The notes under the pieces: generated by a model | Seen by the model: the letters and a program-made list of their open reading frames with translations, nothing else | The model's database searches: none | What the model was told of the DNA's origin: nothing | IMG/VR virus record: IMGVR_UViG_3300046787_000804 | Coordinates: 1 to 57,432 of that record | Length of the DNA: 57,432 nucleotides | Source: a virus | Taxonomy: Duplodnaviria; Caudoviricetes | Strand: one strand, 5' to 3' | Position numbers and translations under genes: made by a program | Part shown: positions 19,376 to 28,922 of the stretch, piece by piece | Layout: the number at the start of each line of letters is the position of its first letter | Position numbering within the stretch: the first letter of the stretch is position 1

Positions 19376-19692
19376 AGGCCCGCACCGAATGGCACTTCGG
19401 TGGCGGCGCTACGTACTGCGGGGCATGCGAGACGACCTGTCCTGAGTGTCCGTATCAGGTGAACTCACCGCAGACCGAAGAGGGCTGGCAGGCCCTCGCT
19501 GTGCTGGATGTCTGTTCATCCCAAGTGCGCGCAGTTCAGGGCGCAGTGCTGGGTATGGACTTCAACGCGTGGATGTCTGCCAGCCAGGCACTGGATGCAG
19601 AGCCCGCTGCCATGACCCATTTATTCCCTGCCATCGAGGCGGGCCTGACGCAAGCATTGAACAAACCCTCTCCGGACAACCCACATGGCTGA
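19363..19692 (+). CDS. -1 frameshift extension of the tail chaperone (gpGT-like)
   Basis: Heptamer AAAAAAC at 19363-19369; the -1 frame is open (KRLKARTEWHFGGGATYCGACETTCPECPYQVNSPQTEEGWQ...) to 19692. Confidence 0.75.
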   Translation, partial: KKRLKARTEWHFGGGATYCGACETTCPECPYQVNSPQTEEGWQALAVLDVCSSQVRAVQGAVLGMDFNAWMSASQALDAEPAAMTHLFPAIEAGLTQALNKPSPDNPHG

Positions 19693-22312
19693 ACGTAACC
19701 TATCGATTCGACTGGCTGTCATTGACGGCGGCAAAGTCAAAGCCGAACTGGCAGACGTAGGCGAAGCCGGAGAGCGATCGCTAAAAAAGATCGAGTCGGC
19801 ATCGCAGCCTGCCTCTGCTGGTCTGAACCTGCTGTCCAAGGCGGCCAACGATGCCTTCGTGCGCATGGAAGACGCCACATCCCGCCTTGGGATGTTGGGC
19901 AGTGTGCTCGGTCGTCTTGGCCCTGCCGGGATGATCGTGGGGGCATCCGTTGCTGTGCTCGGCTATGGCATGCATCAGCTGGTTGTTCCGGTTGCTGAGG
20001 TGGGCGAAGAGCTCAACAAGCTCTCCCAGAAAACCGCTGTTTCGGTCGAGGCCTTGTCGGCACTGTTGTATGCCTCCGAGCTGTCGGACGTGAGTGCCGA
20101 GAGTTTGACCAAGGCGCTCAAATTCCTCTCGACTGCCATGTTCGATGCCAAGGTCAAGGGTGGCGAAGGCAGTGCTGCGCTCAAAGCGTTCGGGGTGTCG
20201 GCGCTGGATGCGCAAGGGCAGATTCGTCCAACTGAGCAGGTGCTGCTGGACCTGGCGGAGAAATTCGCGGCCATGCCCGACAGCGCAGAAAAGGCAGCGC
20301 TGGCCGTCAAGCTGTTCGGCAAGAACGGACTGGACATGATCCCCATGCTCAACCAGGGGCGAGATGGGCTGAACGAGATGATGGAAGAGGCCAAGCGCCT
20401 CGGGCTGGTCATGTCCGCCGATGCAGCGCGTGCTGCAGAGGAGTTCAATGACAACATGAAGCGTCTGCACGCGGTCAACGAAGGCGTGCAGCGCCAAATC
20501 GGATCCGCGTTGCTGCCGATCCTGGCCGATTTGACGGAGCAGATGTTTCTGGCCAAAACCGATGCCGGTGGTTTCACAAGCGAGTTGCAAGCCATCACGC
20601 ACAACCGGCAACAGGTTCTGTCCTTTCTCGAGGAGGTCGCGACAGGGCTGGGATTCATTGCCGAGTCGGCAGTGCTTGCCAAGCGTGTGATCAGTCAGCC
20701 GTTTGATAGTCTGCAGGTGGTCGCCAAGGACGTGGAGACCTGGATCAAGACGGACATGCTGCGCTCCATGAAGTCCATGGGATATGACGAGACGCAGATC
20801 AATGCCGAAATCGCCAAGTTGCAGGCGGCGCGCGATCGGTTTGTCGAGGCGGCCAACGACCGTTTGACGCATCTGACGGATAACCCCGGCTACGTCAACA
20901 AGATCGAAAAGTTCTTCGATGAGCAACGTCGTACGGTGCGCGTCATGGGGCAGAAATTTGTCCTGGAAACAGCAGAGCAAGCTGCACAGGTTCAGAAGAT
21001 CTATGACGAGTTCTTGCCCAAGATGCCTCGCAAACGACCCAGTGGGTTAGATCTGTCTGGCTTTGAAAAGAACAACGAAGGCTTGCAATTCCTGAAGCAG
21101 TTGGAGCAGCGTGCGTTGCGCGTGACCCAAGGCGAAGGTGCTGAGTTGCGCGCACGGGCTTTGGAGCTGGAACGCAAGGGCTATGCAGGTGTTGTCAAGG
21201 AAGCAGAGAAGTACATCGAAGCCATCGAGCGGATGGAAAAGCAGAAGGAAGCTGACAAGAAGTTTGAAGAATACGAGAAGGAGCTGCAAAAGGTCCATCA
21301 GATCACCGAGAACTACATCGGCAACAACCGCCTAAAGCAGGAAGAGTTGCAGTTGAAGCGCCAGCTTATGGATGTCGGCGAAGCCGAGCGCGCAGCTTTG
21401 CAGACCCGCTTCGAAATGGAAAAGGCGGCTGTCATGGCGTTGCGCCAGGCCGAGCAAATCAACGACCCTGGCCTCAAAGCCGAGGCTATCGCTGCGATCA
21501 ACGATGCTTTGGCGCGGCAGTTGCCGATCGTTGAAGAGCTTGCTCGGGCCAATGTGGAATATCAACGCAGCTTTGACTATGGCCTTCGCAGTTCCCTGCG
21601 CACCTACATCGAGGACGCGACCAATGCGGCCAAGCAGGCTGAACGTGCCGTAACCGGTGCCTTCAAGGGCATGGAAGACGCAATGGTTCAGTTTGTGACG
21701 ACCGGCAAGGTGGACTTCAACAGCCTAGCCAACTCGATCATTGCGGACCTGGTTCGCATCCAGATCCAAAAAATGATCACCTTGCCTTTGGCTGGGTGGA
21801 TTAGCGGACTGAACCTGTTTGGAGGTTCAGGAGGCAACGGATTGGGCGGAGCATTCCCAGCTGGAGCTACGGACCTGATGTCAGGCGGCACGATGGTGGC
21901 GCACACCGGTGGCCTGATTGGCAGCGATGTGCTGGCTACACGCGCTGTCGGACTGCAGCACTTCGATGGCGCTCAGCGGTTTCATACCGGAGGCTTGGTG
22001 GCGGGTGAGGTGCCCATCATCGCGCAGCCGGGTGAGGCGGTTTTCACGCAGGGGCAGTTGCGTGCACTCGGTGGCGCTTTGGCAAAAAACAATCCGTCGC
22101 CGGTCAAGGTGCTGGTGAATGTGACCAACCATGCCCCGGGCGTCGATGCGAGAGTTCAAACCACTCAGCAACCCGACGGTAGCACTCGGCTGGATGTGAT
22201 CGTCGAGCAGATTGAGGCGCGCATGAATCGTTCTATCAACCAAGGTGTGGGTATTGCCCCCACGCTTGAGCGTCGCTATGGGCTCAATCCAGCGGTAGGA
22301 GCTTTGCGATGA
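19685..22312 (+). CDS. Tail tape measure protein, lambda-type C-terminus
   Basis: 875 aa helical Ala/Glu/Leu-rich; FVTTGKVDFNSLANSIIADL and HTGG motifs. Confidence 0.9.
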   Translation: MAERNLSIRLAVIDGGKVKAELADVGEAGERSLKKIESASQPASAGLNLLSKAANDAFVRMEDATSRLGMLGSVLGRLGPAGMIVGASVAVLGYGMHQLVVPVAEVGEELNKLSQKTAVSVEALSALLYASELSDVSAESLTKALKFLSTAMFDAKVKGGEGSAALKAFGVSALDAQGQIRPTEQVLLDLAEKFAAMPDSAEKAALAVKLFGKNGLDMIPMLNQGRDGLNEMMEEAKRLGLVMSADAARAAEEFNDNMKRLHAVNEGVQRQIGSALLPILADLTEQMFLAKTDAGGFTSELQAITHNRQQVLSFLEEVATGLGFIAESAVLAKRVISQPFDSLQVVAKDVETWIKTDMLRSMKSMGYDETQINAEIAKLQAARDRFVEAANDRLTHLTDNPGYVNKIEKFFDEQRRTVRVMGQKFVLETAEQAAQVQKIYDEFLPKMPRKRPSGLDLSGFEKNNEGLQFLKQLEQRALRVTQGEGAELRARALELERKGYAGVVKEAEKYIEAIERMEKQKEADKKFEEYEKELQKVHQITENYIGNNRLKQEELQLKRQLMDVGEAERAALQTRFEMEKAAVMALRQAEQINDPGLKAEAIAAINDALARQLPIVEELARANVEYQRSFDYGLRSSLRTYIEDATNAAKQAERAVTGAFKGMEDAMVQFVTTGKVDFNSLANSIIADLVRIQIQKMITLPLAGWISGLNLFGGSGGNGLGGAFPAGATDLMSGGTMVAHTGGLIGSDVLATRAVGLQHFDGAQRFHTGGLVAGEVPIIAQPGEAVFTQGQLRALGGALAKNNPSPVKVLVNVTNHAPGVDARVQTTQQPDGSTRLDVIVEQIEARMNRSINQGVGIAPTLERRYGLNPAVGALR

Positions 22313-22809
22313 GTGATGTGACCTTGCCTGCTGGCATCCCTGTTTGGCCGGACACCTTGCCGCTGCCGCGCATCGAGGGCTATGGGCTGGCCCCGCAATC
22401 GAATGCGGTGCGAACGGACATCGATGCCGGAGCGGCTCGGATGCGCTTGCGCTCCACGAGCACGCTTTATCGGGTGCGCGCGGAGTGGCGTTTCTCGCAG
22501 GAGGCGTTTGCTGTTTTTGATGCCTGGTGGATGCATATCCTCAACCAAGGCGTTCTCTGGTTTGCGATGCCCTTGGCGGGTGGCTTGGGTGTTCAGGCGG
22601 TGCAGTCCCGATTCATCGCACCGTGGGACACCGAGCTGTTGCCCGGCAGCCGATGGCAAGTCAAAGCGCAATTGGAAGTGCAGGAATTTCCACGGCTCAC
22701 TGCCGATGAGACCCAAGTTGCTGCGGTGCTGGGGCCGGATGCCATTGCGCTGGGTCAACGCCTGCACACCTGGCTCAACCAATCCATGGCTGCCGCTGAT
22801 TACTGGTAG
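22309..22809 (+). CDS. Distal tail/minor tail protein
   Basis: WPDTLPLP..GY...RTDIDAG.ARMR...WF; immediately after the tape measure gene. Confidence 0.7.
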   Translation: MSDVTLPAGIPVWPDTLPLPRIEGYGLAPQSNAVRTDIDAGAARMRLRSTSTLYRVRAEWRFSQEAFAVFDAWWMHILNQGVLWFAMPLAGGLGVQAVQSRFIAPWDTELLPGSRWQVKAQLEVQEFPRLTADETQVAAVLGPDAIALGQRLHTWLNQSMAAADYW

Positions 22810-22830
22810 ATCAATTAAAGGAACCCAATC

Positions 22831-25496
22831 ATGACCCTCAAGACCCGGCTGGATGAAGCTGTGGGAACGATCGAGGGGGATGCCCAACTGCTCCATGAGA
22901 TCGTCCACGGGGATGATCAGACGACCGTAACCACGGAAGGTGGCCAGGTCAAGAGCGTGGCCAACGTCATTCATGGGGTTCAAACCCAACTTGATGCGTC
23001 CCGCCAAGAACTGACCAATCAGGTGGCCACGGCCACTCAACTAGCGAGCAATGCTGCGCAATCAGCCAGCAGTGCATCGACATCGGCCACGACAGCCAGC
23101 ACCAAGGCTAGTGCGGCCAGTGATTCTGCAACCAGTGCGGCAAGTTCCGCGACGACTGCGGCGACTTCGGCAACCACTGCCAGTACCAAGGCCAGTGATG
23201 CCAGCAGCAGCAAAACGGCGGCGGCCACCTCGGCAACCAATGCGGCCACCAGTGCCACCAATGCAGCGAGCTCGGCAACAGCGGCGGCAGCTTCGTCCAC
23301 CACCGCGACGCAAAAGGCCAGCGATGCGGCTAACAGTGCCAGTTCGGCGGCAGCCTCCGCCACCACGGCCAGCAGCAAGGCAACCGATGCACAGACCGCT
23401 TTAGCATCTGCGCAGTCCCAGGCTTCATTGGCTTCCGACTGGGCGCAGAAAACCGCTGCAACGGTCGACGGCACCGGGTATTCGGCGAAGTATTGGGCGG
23501 ACCGGGCGGCCAATTCGGCGGCAGTGGTCACCACCAATACGGTGATTCCGGCAGATGTGTTTGCTGGGGATAGCGTCAAGACGGATTTCACCCTCAGCCA
23601 TCCCGTGGCTTATCCGGGTGCTGTGTTGGTGACTGTGGCCGGAGTTCCTCAAGCACCAATAGATTCGTACTCGGTCCCCGCCATTACAACCCTGCGCTTT
23701 GTGTCCGCACCGGCGACAGGTGTGGGCATCAGTGTTCGATATCTCGACAAGGAAGCTCAATCTGGCGCAGCGTCTGCACAGGAGTGGGCCACCAAAACCG
23801 GCGGTGTGGTCTCCGGCTCGACGGAGTATTCGGCCAAGTACCACGCCCAGGCAGCTGCTGCGAGTGCCACTTCGGCATCGTCGTCTGCGACGGCGGCATC
23901 TGGTAGTGCGACATCGGCTGCAGGATCTGCAACCACGGCTGCGACCAAGGCTGCCGATGCAGGGACATCGGCCACCAATGCGGCAACTTCAGCAACCACA
24001 GCCAGCACCAAAGCCAGCGAAGCTGCGACATCGGCGACCAATGCTGCGAACAGTGCCAGCGGTGCATCTGCCTCTGCAACAACAGCAACGGCTAAGGCCA
24101 CCAATGCAAACAGCAGCGCAACAGCTGCAGCAAGTTCGGCCAGCAGTGCATCTGGTAGTGCCATTCTGGCGCAGGATTGGGCGACCAAAACGACAGCCCC
24201 GCCCAGTCGATCTCTGCTTCAGCATCAACCGCCACGCAAAAGGCAACGGATGCGGCGGCCAGTGCGACGGCTGCGGCTGGTTCAGCAAGTACCGCCTCGA
24301 CCAAAGCCTCGGATGCCGCAACGTCGGCGACCAATGCAGCGACTTCTGCCAGTACCGCCAGTACGCAGGCGACTGCAGCGGCAACCTCAGCCACGAATGC
24401 GGCGAGCTCCGCTACTGCAGCGGCAGGTTCGGCCACCACCGCAAGTGGCAAAGCGACGGACGCAGCCAACAGTGCCACGGCGGCAGCAACCTCGGCCAGC
24501 AACGCGAGCACGAGTGCCGCCAACGCGGCAACTTCGGCAGCTGGGTCAGCCACAACGGCAACGACTAAAGCTGGGGATGCAACGGCGAGTGCTACTGCAG
24601 CGGCCAATTCGGCGACTGCGGCGGCAGGCAGTGCCACAAGCGCAGCAGGGTCGTTGACGGCATCACAGGCGCAAGCCGCTCTGGCTTCTGATTGGGCACA
24701 AAAGACCACCGGTACGGTCGACGGCAGCGGTTACTCAGCCAAATACTGGGCAGGGCAAGCGGCAGGATCGGCAGCAGCGGTGACGGCCAATACGGTCATT
24801 CCCGCCGATGTGTTCACCGGCGATGGCGTGAAGACGGATTTCACAATCAGTCGGCCAGTCGGTTATCCCGGTGCATTGATGGTGACAGTTGCCGGGGTGC
24901 CTCAAGCGCCCTTGGATGCCTACACCACACCAGCCACGACGACGCTCAGATTCAGCTCGGCTCCTACCAGTGGCGTCGTGATCAGCGTGCGCTACCTGGA
25001 CAAGGAAGCGCAGTCTGGCGCAGCCGCAGCCGAGGAATGGGCGAACAAGACGTCGGGACCTGTTTCTGGCTCGACCGAGTATTCGGCCAAGTACTACGCA
25101 CAGTCCATTGCCGCCAATGCGGCGACTGCCAGTCAGCAAGCAACCAGTGCTGCGAATTCGGCTACGGCGGCGGCTGGCAGTGCCACCGCATCGGCGAACT
25201 CTGCGACGGCTTCAGCAGCATCGGCCACCCAAGCGCAGAGCTACATGAGTCAGGCGCAGGGGTATGCCGCTGCAGCGGGTGGCTCTAACGTCGCTCCACA
25301 GACCTTTACCGGAAATGGTTCGGCTACTGACTTCAGTTTGAGCACTGCAGCGTCCAGCGTCCATAAATTGATCGTGACGGTCAACTACGTGGTGCAGGAC
25401 TCACTCGATGCCTACGTCCTGGTCAATTCCGGGGCGACTTTGCGATTCACATCGGCACCAACCGCCAGCGCGCGGATTGTGGTGCGTTACATCTAA
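22831..25496 (+). pseudogene. Long Ala/Ser/Thr-rich tail fibre-like gene split by a frameshift near 24200
   Basis: A/S/T repeats run in one frame to about 24200 and continue in another frame to 25496; the junction lacks the V.G..EYSAKYY segment present in the other repeat units. Confidence 0.75.
23437..25103 (+). repeat. Two 414-bp imperfect internal repeats in the fibre gene (23437-23850 and 24690-25103)
   Basis: Both encode DWAQKT..TVDG.GYSAKYWA...NTVIPADVF.GD.VKTDFT...VAGVPQAP...LRF.SAP...VRYLDKEAQSGAA.A.EWA.KT.G.VSGSTEYSAKY.AQ. Confidence 0.9.
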
Positions 25497-25508
25497 CTAG
25501 GAGAAATC

Positions 25509-26063
25509 ATGGCGATTACGCGCATCCCCAAAGCGGGGCTGGATGATGCCTTGCAGAACGAAATCAATGGCAAGTTGGACAAGGTCGGTGGAACGATGAC
25601 GGGCTCCATCACGATGACCAATGGAGCCTTGTTCAAGAGCAGCGTCACAAGTGATGACGCTCGAAATACGGGCTACAAGATGGCCGACGGGCAGGACATC
25701 GGAGAGATGAATCGCTCGAGTCAGTACTACGACGATCGGGCCACCAATTGCAATGGATATCTGCCTAATGGCAACTGCGCCAGTAACGGGTACTGGAACC
25801 CCCCCAATGGCAACTGGTGGACCTGGGGCGTCAGTGGCGTGCCGACAGGAAACTGTGCCAACTGGGGCAGCTATGACGGTGCAGGCGGCACCTCTCAGGT
25901 CTTCAACGCGGTGTCGGTCGGATTCAACTACGACGGGTACTACGAAGCCGCCAATGAGATCGGTGGTTCTGAATACCACCGTTGGTACCGCAACTGCAAC
26001 TGTGGATCGTTCAACTGCCGCACCAATTGCAATTGCAACTGCGCTTGTTGCGGCTGCTGCTGA
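25509..26063 (+). CDS. Fibre-like protein with Asn-Cys-rich C-terminus (candidate substrate of the adjacent modifying enzymes)
   Basis: LDKVGGTMTGSI fibre-type motif; 13 Cys, 9 of them as Asn-Cys; ends NCNCGSFNCRTNCNCNCACCGCC; AGGAG RBS. Confidence 0.8.
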   Translation: MAITRIPKAGLDDALQNEINGKLDKVGGTMTGSITMTNGALFKSSVTSDDARNTGYKMADGQDIGEMNRSSQYYDDRATNCNGYLPNGNCASNGYWNPPNGNWWTWGVSGVPTGNCANWGSYDGAGGTSQVFNAVSVGFNYDGYYEAANEIGGSEYHRWYRNCNCGSFNCRTNCNCNCACCGCC

Positions 26064-26072
26064 GGAGACGCG

Positions 26073-26906
26073 ATGAAGGTCTATATCACCCGTCCCCCGG
26101 CCTATGCGAGCTCGCCAGATCACGTGGTTCGTGTCCTGGTCGATGCGCCAAAGCAACGCGTAGGCGTGGAGATGTGCATTGTTTTTTCACCCAACCCCAG
26201 CGAGCCAGTGTCAGATGATGAGAGTGTTGTGCAAAGCGGTGACAAGTTCTACAAGGTCATCGCTGCCAGCGAGTTTGACTATGAGCTGCTCAAAAGAAGT
26301 ACGGGGTGGGCGGATCGTCAAGCCTGGCATCTGACATTCCGTTGGGATGTCAGATCGTTCACTGATCCGATCCCGCTCTACACCTATTCCATGGCGACCA
26401 AGATGTCGGCTCCGGAATTGTCACGTACGACTTACCAAAACAATCTGTCAGTGGGCTTTGTGGTCCCGTTCTCGGACTCGGCCTTTGAAGACTGTGCTGT
26501 GACCGTGAACATCAACCCTGATGTGAACAAAGGCGATTGTGTGGTGCAGGGTGTCGACGCTTCGGAAATCGTACGTACCGATTATTCGGCGAGTGCCCAG
26601 GTACGGGAGTTGATCCTTTTGCCTGGTGTCCAGATATCAGCGCCAACGAGCTGTACACCTGACGGCCAGGTCAACGTCCAAGTGCAAGTGCTCGATGCGA
26701 ATGACATGCCTATTGAGCACGATGCTGAAATCTTTCTTGAGGCGGTCAATGGCTACCTTCCAAAGACCCGCATCAAAACAGTCAACGGCCAGGCAAGTGT
26801 CCCTTTCATGGCCTTGGGCCTTGTGGCAGGAGATTCAGCACGGGTCAAAGCCGGTTTCAAATACTTCAGTGGTGCTTCTGATGTCTCCATCCAGATCCAT
26901 GACTAA
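26073..26906 (+). CDS. Hypothetical protein with C-terminal Ig-like beta domain
   Basis: C-terminal VNVQVQVLDAND.P...GYLPKTRIKTVNGQASV...ARVKAGFKYFSG beta-strand pattern; GAGGAG RBS. Confidence 0.6.
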   Translation: MKVYITRPPAYASSPDHVVRVLVDAPKQRVGVEMCIVFSPNPSEPVSDDESVVQSGDKFYKVIAASEFDYELLKRSTGWADRQAWHLTFRWDVRSFTDPIPLYTYSMATKMSAPELSRTTYQNNLSVGFVVPFSDSAFEDCAVTVNINPDVNKGDCVVQGVDASEIVRTDYSASAQVRELILLPGVQISAPTSCTPDGQVNVQVQVLDANDMPIEHDAEIFLEAVNGYLPKTRIKTVNGQASVPFMALGLVAGDSARVKAGFKYFSGASDVSIQIHD

Positions 26907-27507
26907 GGAGCTGTTTGGAGCAAGGGTATATGCGGGTCTCCATCCATTTCCAGATGACGTGATGCTGGAGATGCGCAAACGGGCGCTGGCCATACACCAG
27001 AGCATTAATCCTCATGGCATGCCATGGTCTCGATGCACACGGGAGAGTTTGCATGTCGCCGAACCATTTCAGCAGGTTTCGGAATTGATCGAGCAGGTGG
27101 TCGAGACTGAGTACGGATGCAGTGTGAGCCACCTGACTGGACGAGAAGTGGTGATACAGAGCGGGCAATGCCTGCCGCTGCACTGTGAGGACACCGATCT
27201 GTCAGCGGTATTCGTGCTGAGTAATGAAGCCAGGGCGAATCCTGAGCGCAGTGATTACTCCGGCGCATTCGTTTTGGTCAATCCGAGTGGAGCGTTTGGA
27301 TTCAAGCGCCTGCCATGGGAGGGGCTGAGATCGGAGCTGATTTATCCGACAGCAGGAATGTTGTTGATTTTCCCGAGCTACCTGGCTCACCACACTCACC
27401 CCTACAACGCACAGGAGCCAGCGGTTGAGTTGCACTTTGAACTCAACGTGGTCGATAACCATGCCCATCAACGTTTACGACAACCCAGTTTCCCCCGAAC
27501 TCTGTGA
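26899..27507 (+). CDS. Putative 2OG-Fe(II) oxygenase
   Basis: LPLHCED..LSAVF, G.FVLVNP and PTAGMLLIFPSYLAHHTHPY double-stranded beta-helix motifs; start ATG 26899 overlaps the previous stop. Confidence 0.75.
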   Translation: MTKELFGARVYAGLHPFPDDVMLEMRKRALAIHQSINPHGMPWSRCTRESLHVAEPFQQVSELIEQVVETEYGCSVSHLTGREVVIQSGQCLPLHCEDTDLSAVFVLSNEARANPERSDYSGAFVLVNPSGAFGFKRLPWEGLRSELIYPTAGMLLIFPSYLAHHTHPYNAQEPAVELHFELNVVDNHAHQRLRQPSFPRTL

Positions 27508-28048
27508 AGCAACGCGAGCTTGGCTTTTGTCGCAAAGTCCCATCTTCGGGTGGCGCGCACATGCAAACGCACCCGGTGTTTTCTGGCATCGCAATTTCGT
27601 GTTACCTGGAACGCATCAACACCACTATGACGATATCGCTTGGAATTCTGAGCTGAGTTACGAGGCCTTTTGTGCCTTTGAGAGTCCCTTAGCGCGGGTT
27701 GCCGAGATCGTTCGCCAGCAGTTCTTTGATGGCGAGGCCTTCACTCGGATCTGGGCCAACTTTCAGTCATTTGGTGACGAGTCGGCATTTCACAGAGACT
27801 TCCCTGTTCAGTACGCACGGACTGCCCGTACAGCCGTTTGGTATCCAGTGATGAACTGGGAGAGGGATTGGGGTGGTGATTTCATCACCCTCTCCGATGA
27901 TGGAGAGGTCGATGCCTGCACATTGATTAAGCCCAATCGACTGGTGGTGTTTAACGGGACGCAAACGCATGCGGCTCGTCCGATTTCCCGCTACTGCAGC
28001 GAACTGCGCATTGCAGTTTCATTCGGATGTGAGGTGATCAATGCTTGA
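27461..28048 (+). CDS. 2OG-Fe(II) oxygenase, prolyl-hydroxylase-like
   Basis: HRD (HxD), WERDWGGDF, KPNRLVVFNG..THAARP...LRIAVSF (distal His and 2OG-binding Arg). Confidence 0.85.
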   Translation: MPINVYDNPVSPELCEATRAWLLSQSPIFGWRAHANAPGVFWHRNFVLPGTHQHHYDDIAWNSELSYEAFCAFESPLARVAEIVRQQFFDGEAFTRIWANFQSFGDESAFHRDFPVQYARTARTAVWYPVMNWERDWGGDFITLSDDGEVDACTLIKPNRLVVFNGTQTHAARPISRYCSELRIAVSFGCEVINA

Positions 28049-28706
28049 GCATCTATGGAGCACTCCGGTTCTTCATGAGCAATCGCCCTTCACCATGGGC
28101 CAGCTTGAGGAGTTAAAGAAATTCACCACTGAGCGATTTCGCAATCACAAAGCCCATCCGCCTCGGCATGCATTGCCTGATGTGCCCGTGAAGTTACGAA
28201 CCCAGCTGAATCTGTTCTTGCCTGATCATGAGATGCATGCTCCGGCAGTCTGGTTTGAATTCAAACGCTGGGTGGATAGAACCTACCGCGCCTATCTGAA
28301 TGAGGCCCATGGAGTTAGGAATGTGAATGAGCTTGAAGTGCTCGCTCGATGCATCCCTGTTTGCTACCAAAAGGGCATGCGTGCGCAGCCTCATTACCAC
28401 CACACGGGCGATCATGTGCTGTGTCTGTATTTGGATTGCGGCAACGACCGAATACCTCCTGAGGACCGTGATTGGACGGTCGGAGATGGTGAATTGCTTC
28501 TACAAGATCCCCGCCCCATGGCGGGGTTTCCTTTTTGGGAGAAGGTTCGCTACATCGAAACATTCCCCGGTCTGGTCGTATTGCACCCATCGCGGGTATG
28601 GCATGAGACCAACCCCTTCAATGCCCCAAGCGGTCAACGGACCTTATTGGTCGTGACCCTGCGTGTGGCGTCCCATAACTACACCGAGCTGTACACCCGG
28701 CTATGA
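28041..28706 (+). CDS. Putative 2OG-Fe(II) oxygenase (TIGR02466-like)
   Basis: LWSTPV N-terminus, PHYH, CLYLD, GELLLQDPRP, PGLVVLHPSRVWHETNP...R. Confidence 0.8.
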   Translation: MLEHLWSTPVLHEQSPFTMGQLEELKKFTTERFRNHKAHPPRHALPDVPVKLRTQLNLFLPDHEMHAPAVWFEFKRWVDRTYRAYLNEAHGVRNVNELEVLARCIPVCYQKGMRAQPHYHHTGDHVLCLYLDCGNDRIPPEDRDWTVGDGELLLQDPRPMAGFPFWEKVRYIETFPGLVVLHPSRVWHETNPFNAPSGQRTLLVVTLRVASHNYTELYTRL

Positions 28707-28718
28707 GCCGATTCGGAG

Positions 28719-28922
28719 ATGACGATGATTGAGAAAACCATAGACCTCGTTGATGACGAGCATGTTTTGTTCACTGTGACGGTAGTCGAAGGCGAGCGTA
28801 TCCGCTCCCGTCGTGAGTATCACTTGGCCAAGTTCGCCCACCAAGACGCCGAAGAGGTCTGCCGACAGGCTTGCCCCGAGGCTTTCGCACAAGAGCCGTC
28901 GGTTCAGAGTGGAGGCGTGTGA
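28719..28922 (+). CDS. Small hypothetical protein (67 aa)
   Basis: GGAG RBS; TGATG coupling to the radical SAM gene. Confidence 0.55.
   Translation: MTMIEKTIDLVDDEHVLFTVTVVEGERIRSRREYHLAKFAHQDAEEVCRQACPEAFAQEPSVQSGGV

Noticed and set aside
19781-20980. 399-aa minus-strand ORF
   Set aside because: Antisense shadow of the tape measure gene, with no motifs.
24202-24657. Arg/Pro/Gln-rich C-terminus of the 608-aa ORF
   Set aside because: Out-of-frame read-through of the A/S/T repeats after the deletion; the real coding frame is that of 24177-25496.
23040-25260. Repetitive GCx/ACx/TCx tract as a CRISPR array or DGR
   Set aside because: These are coding low-complexity repeats. There is no constant repeat-spacer pattern, no reverse transcriptase, and the differences between the 414-bp units are not adenine-specific.
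26626-26898. Upstream extension of the first oxygenase ORF
   Set aside because: It overlaps the preceding gene; the coupled ATG at 26899 is more plausible.
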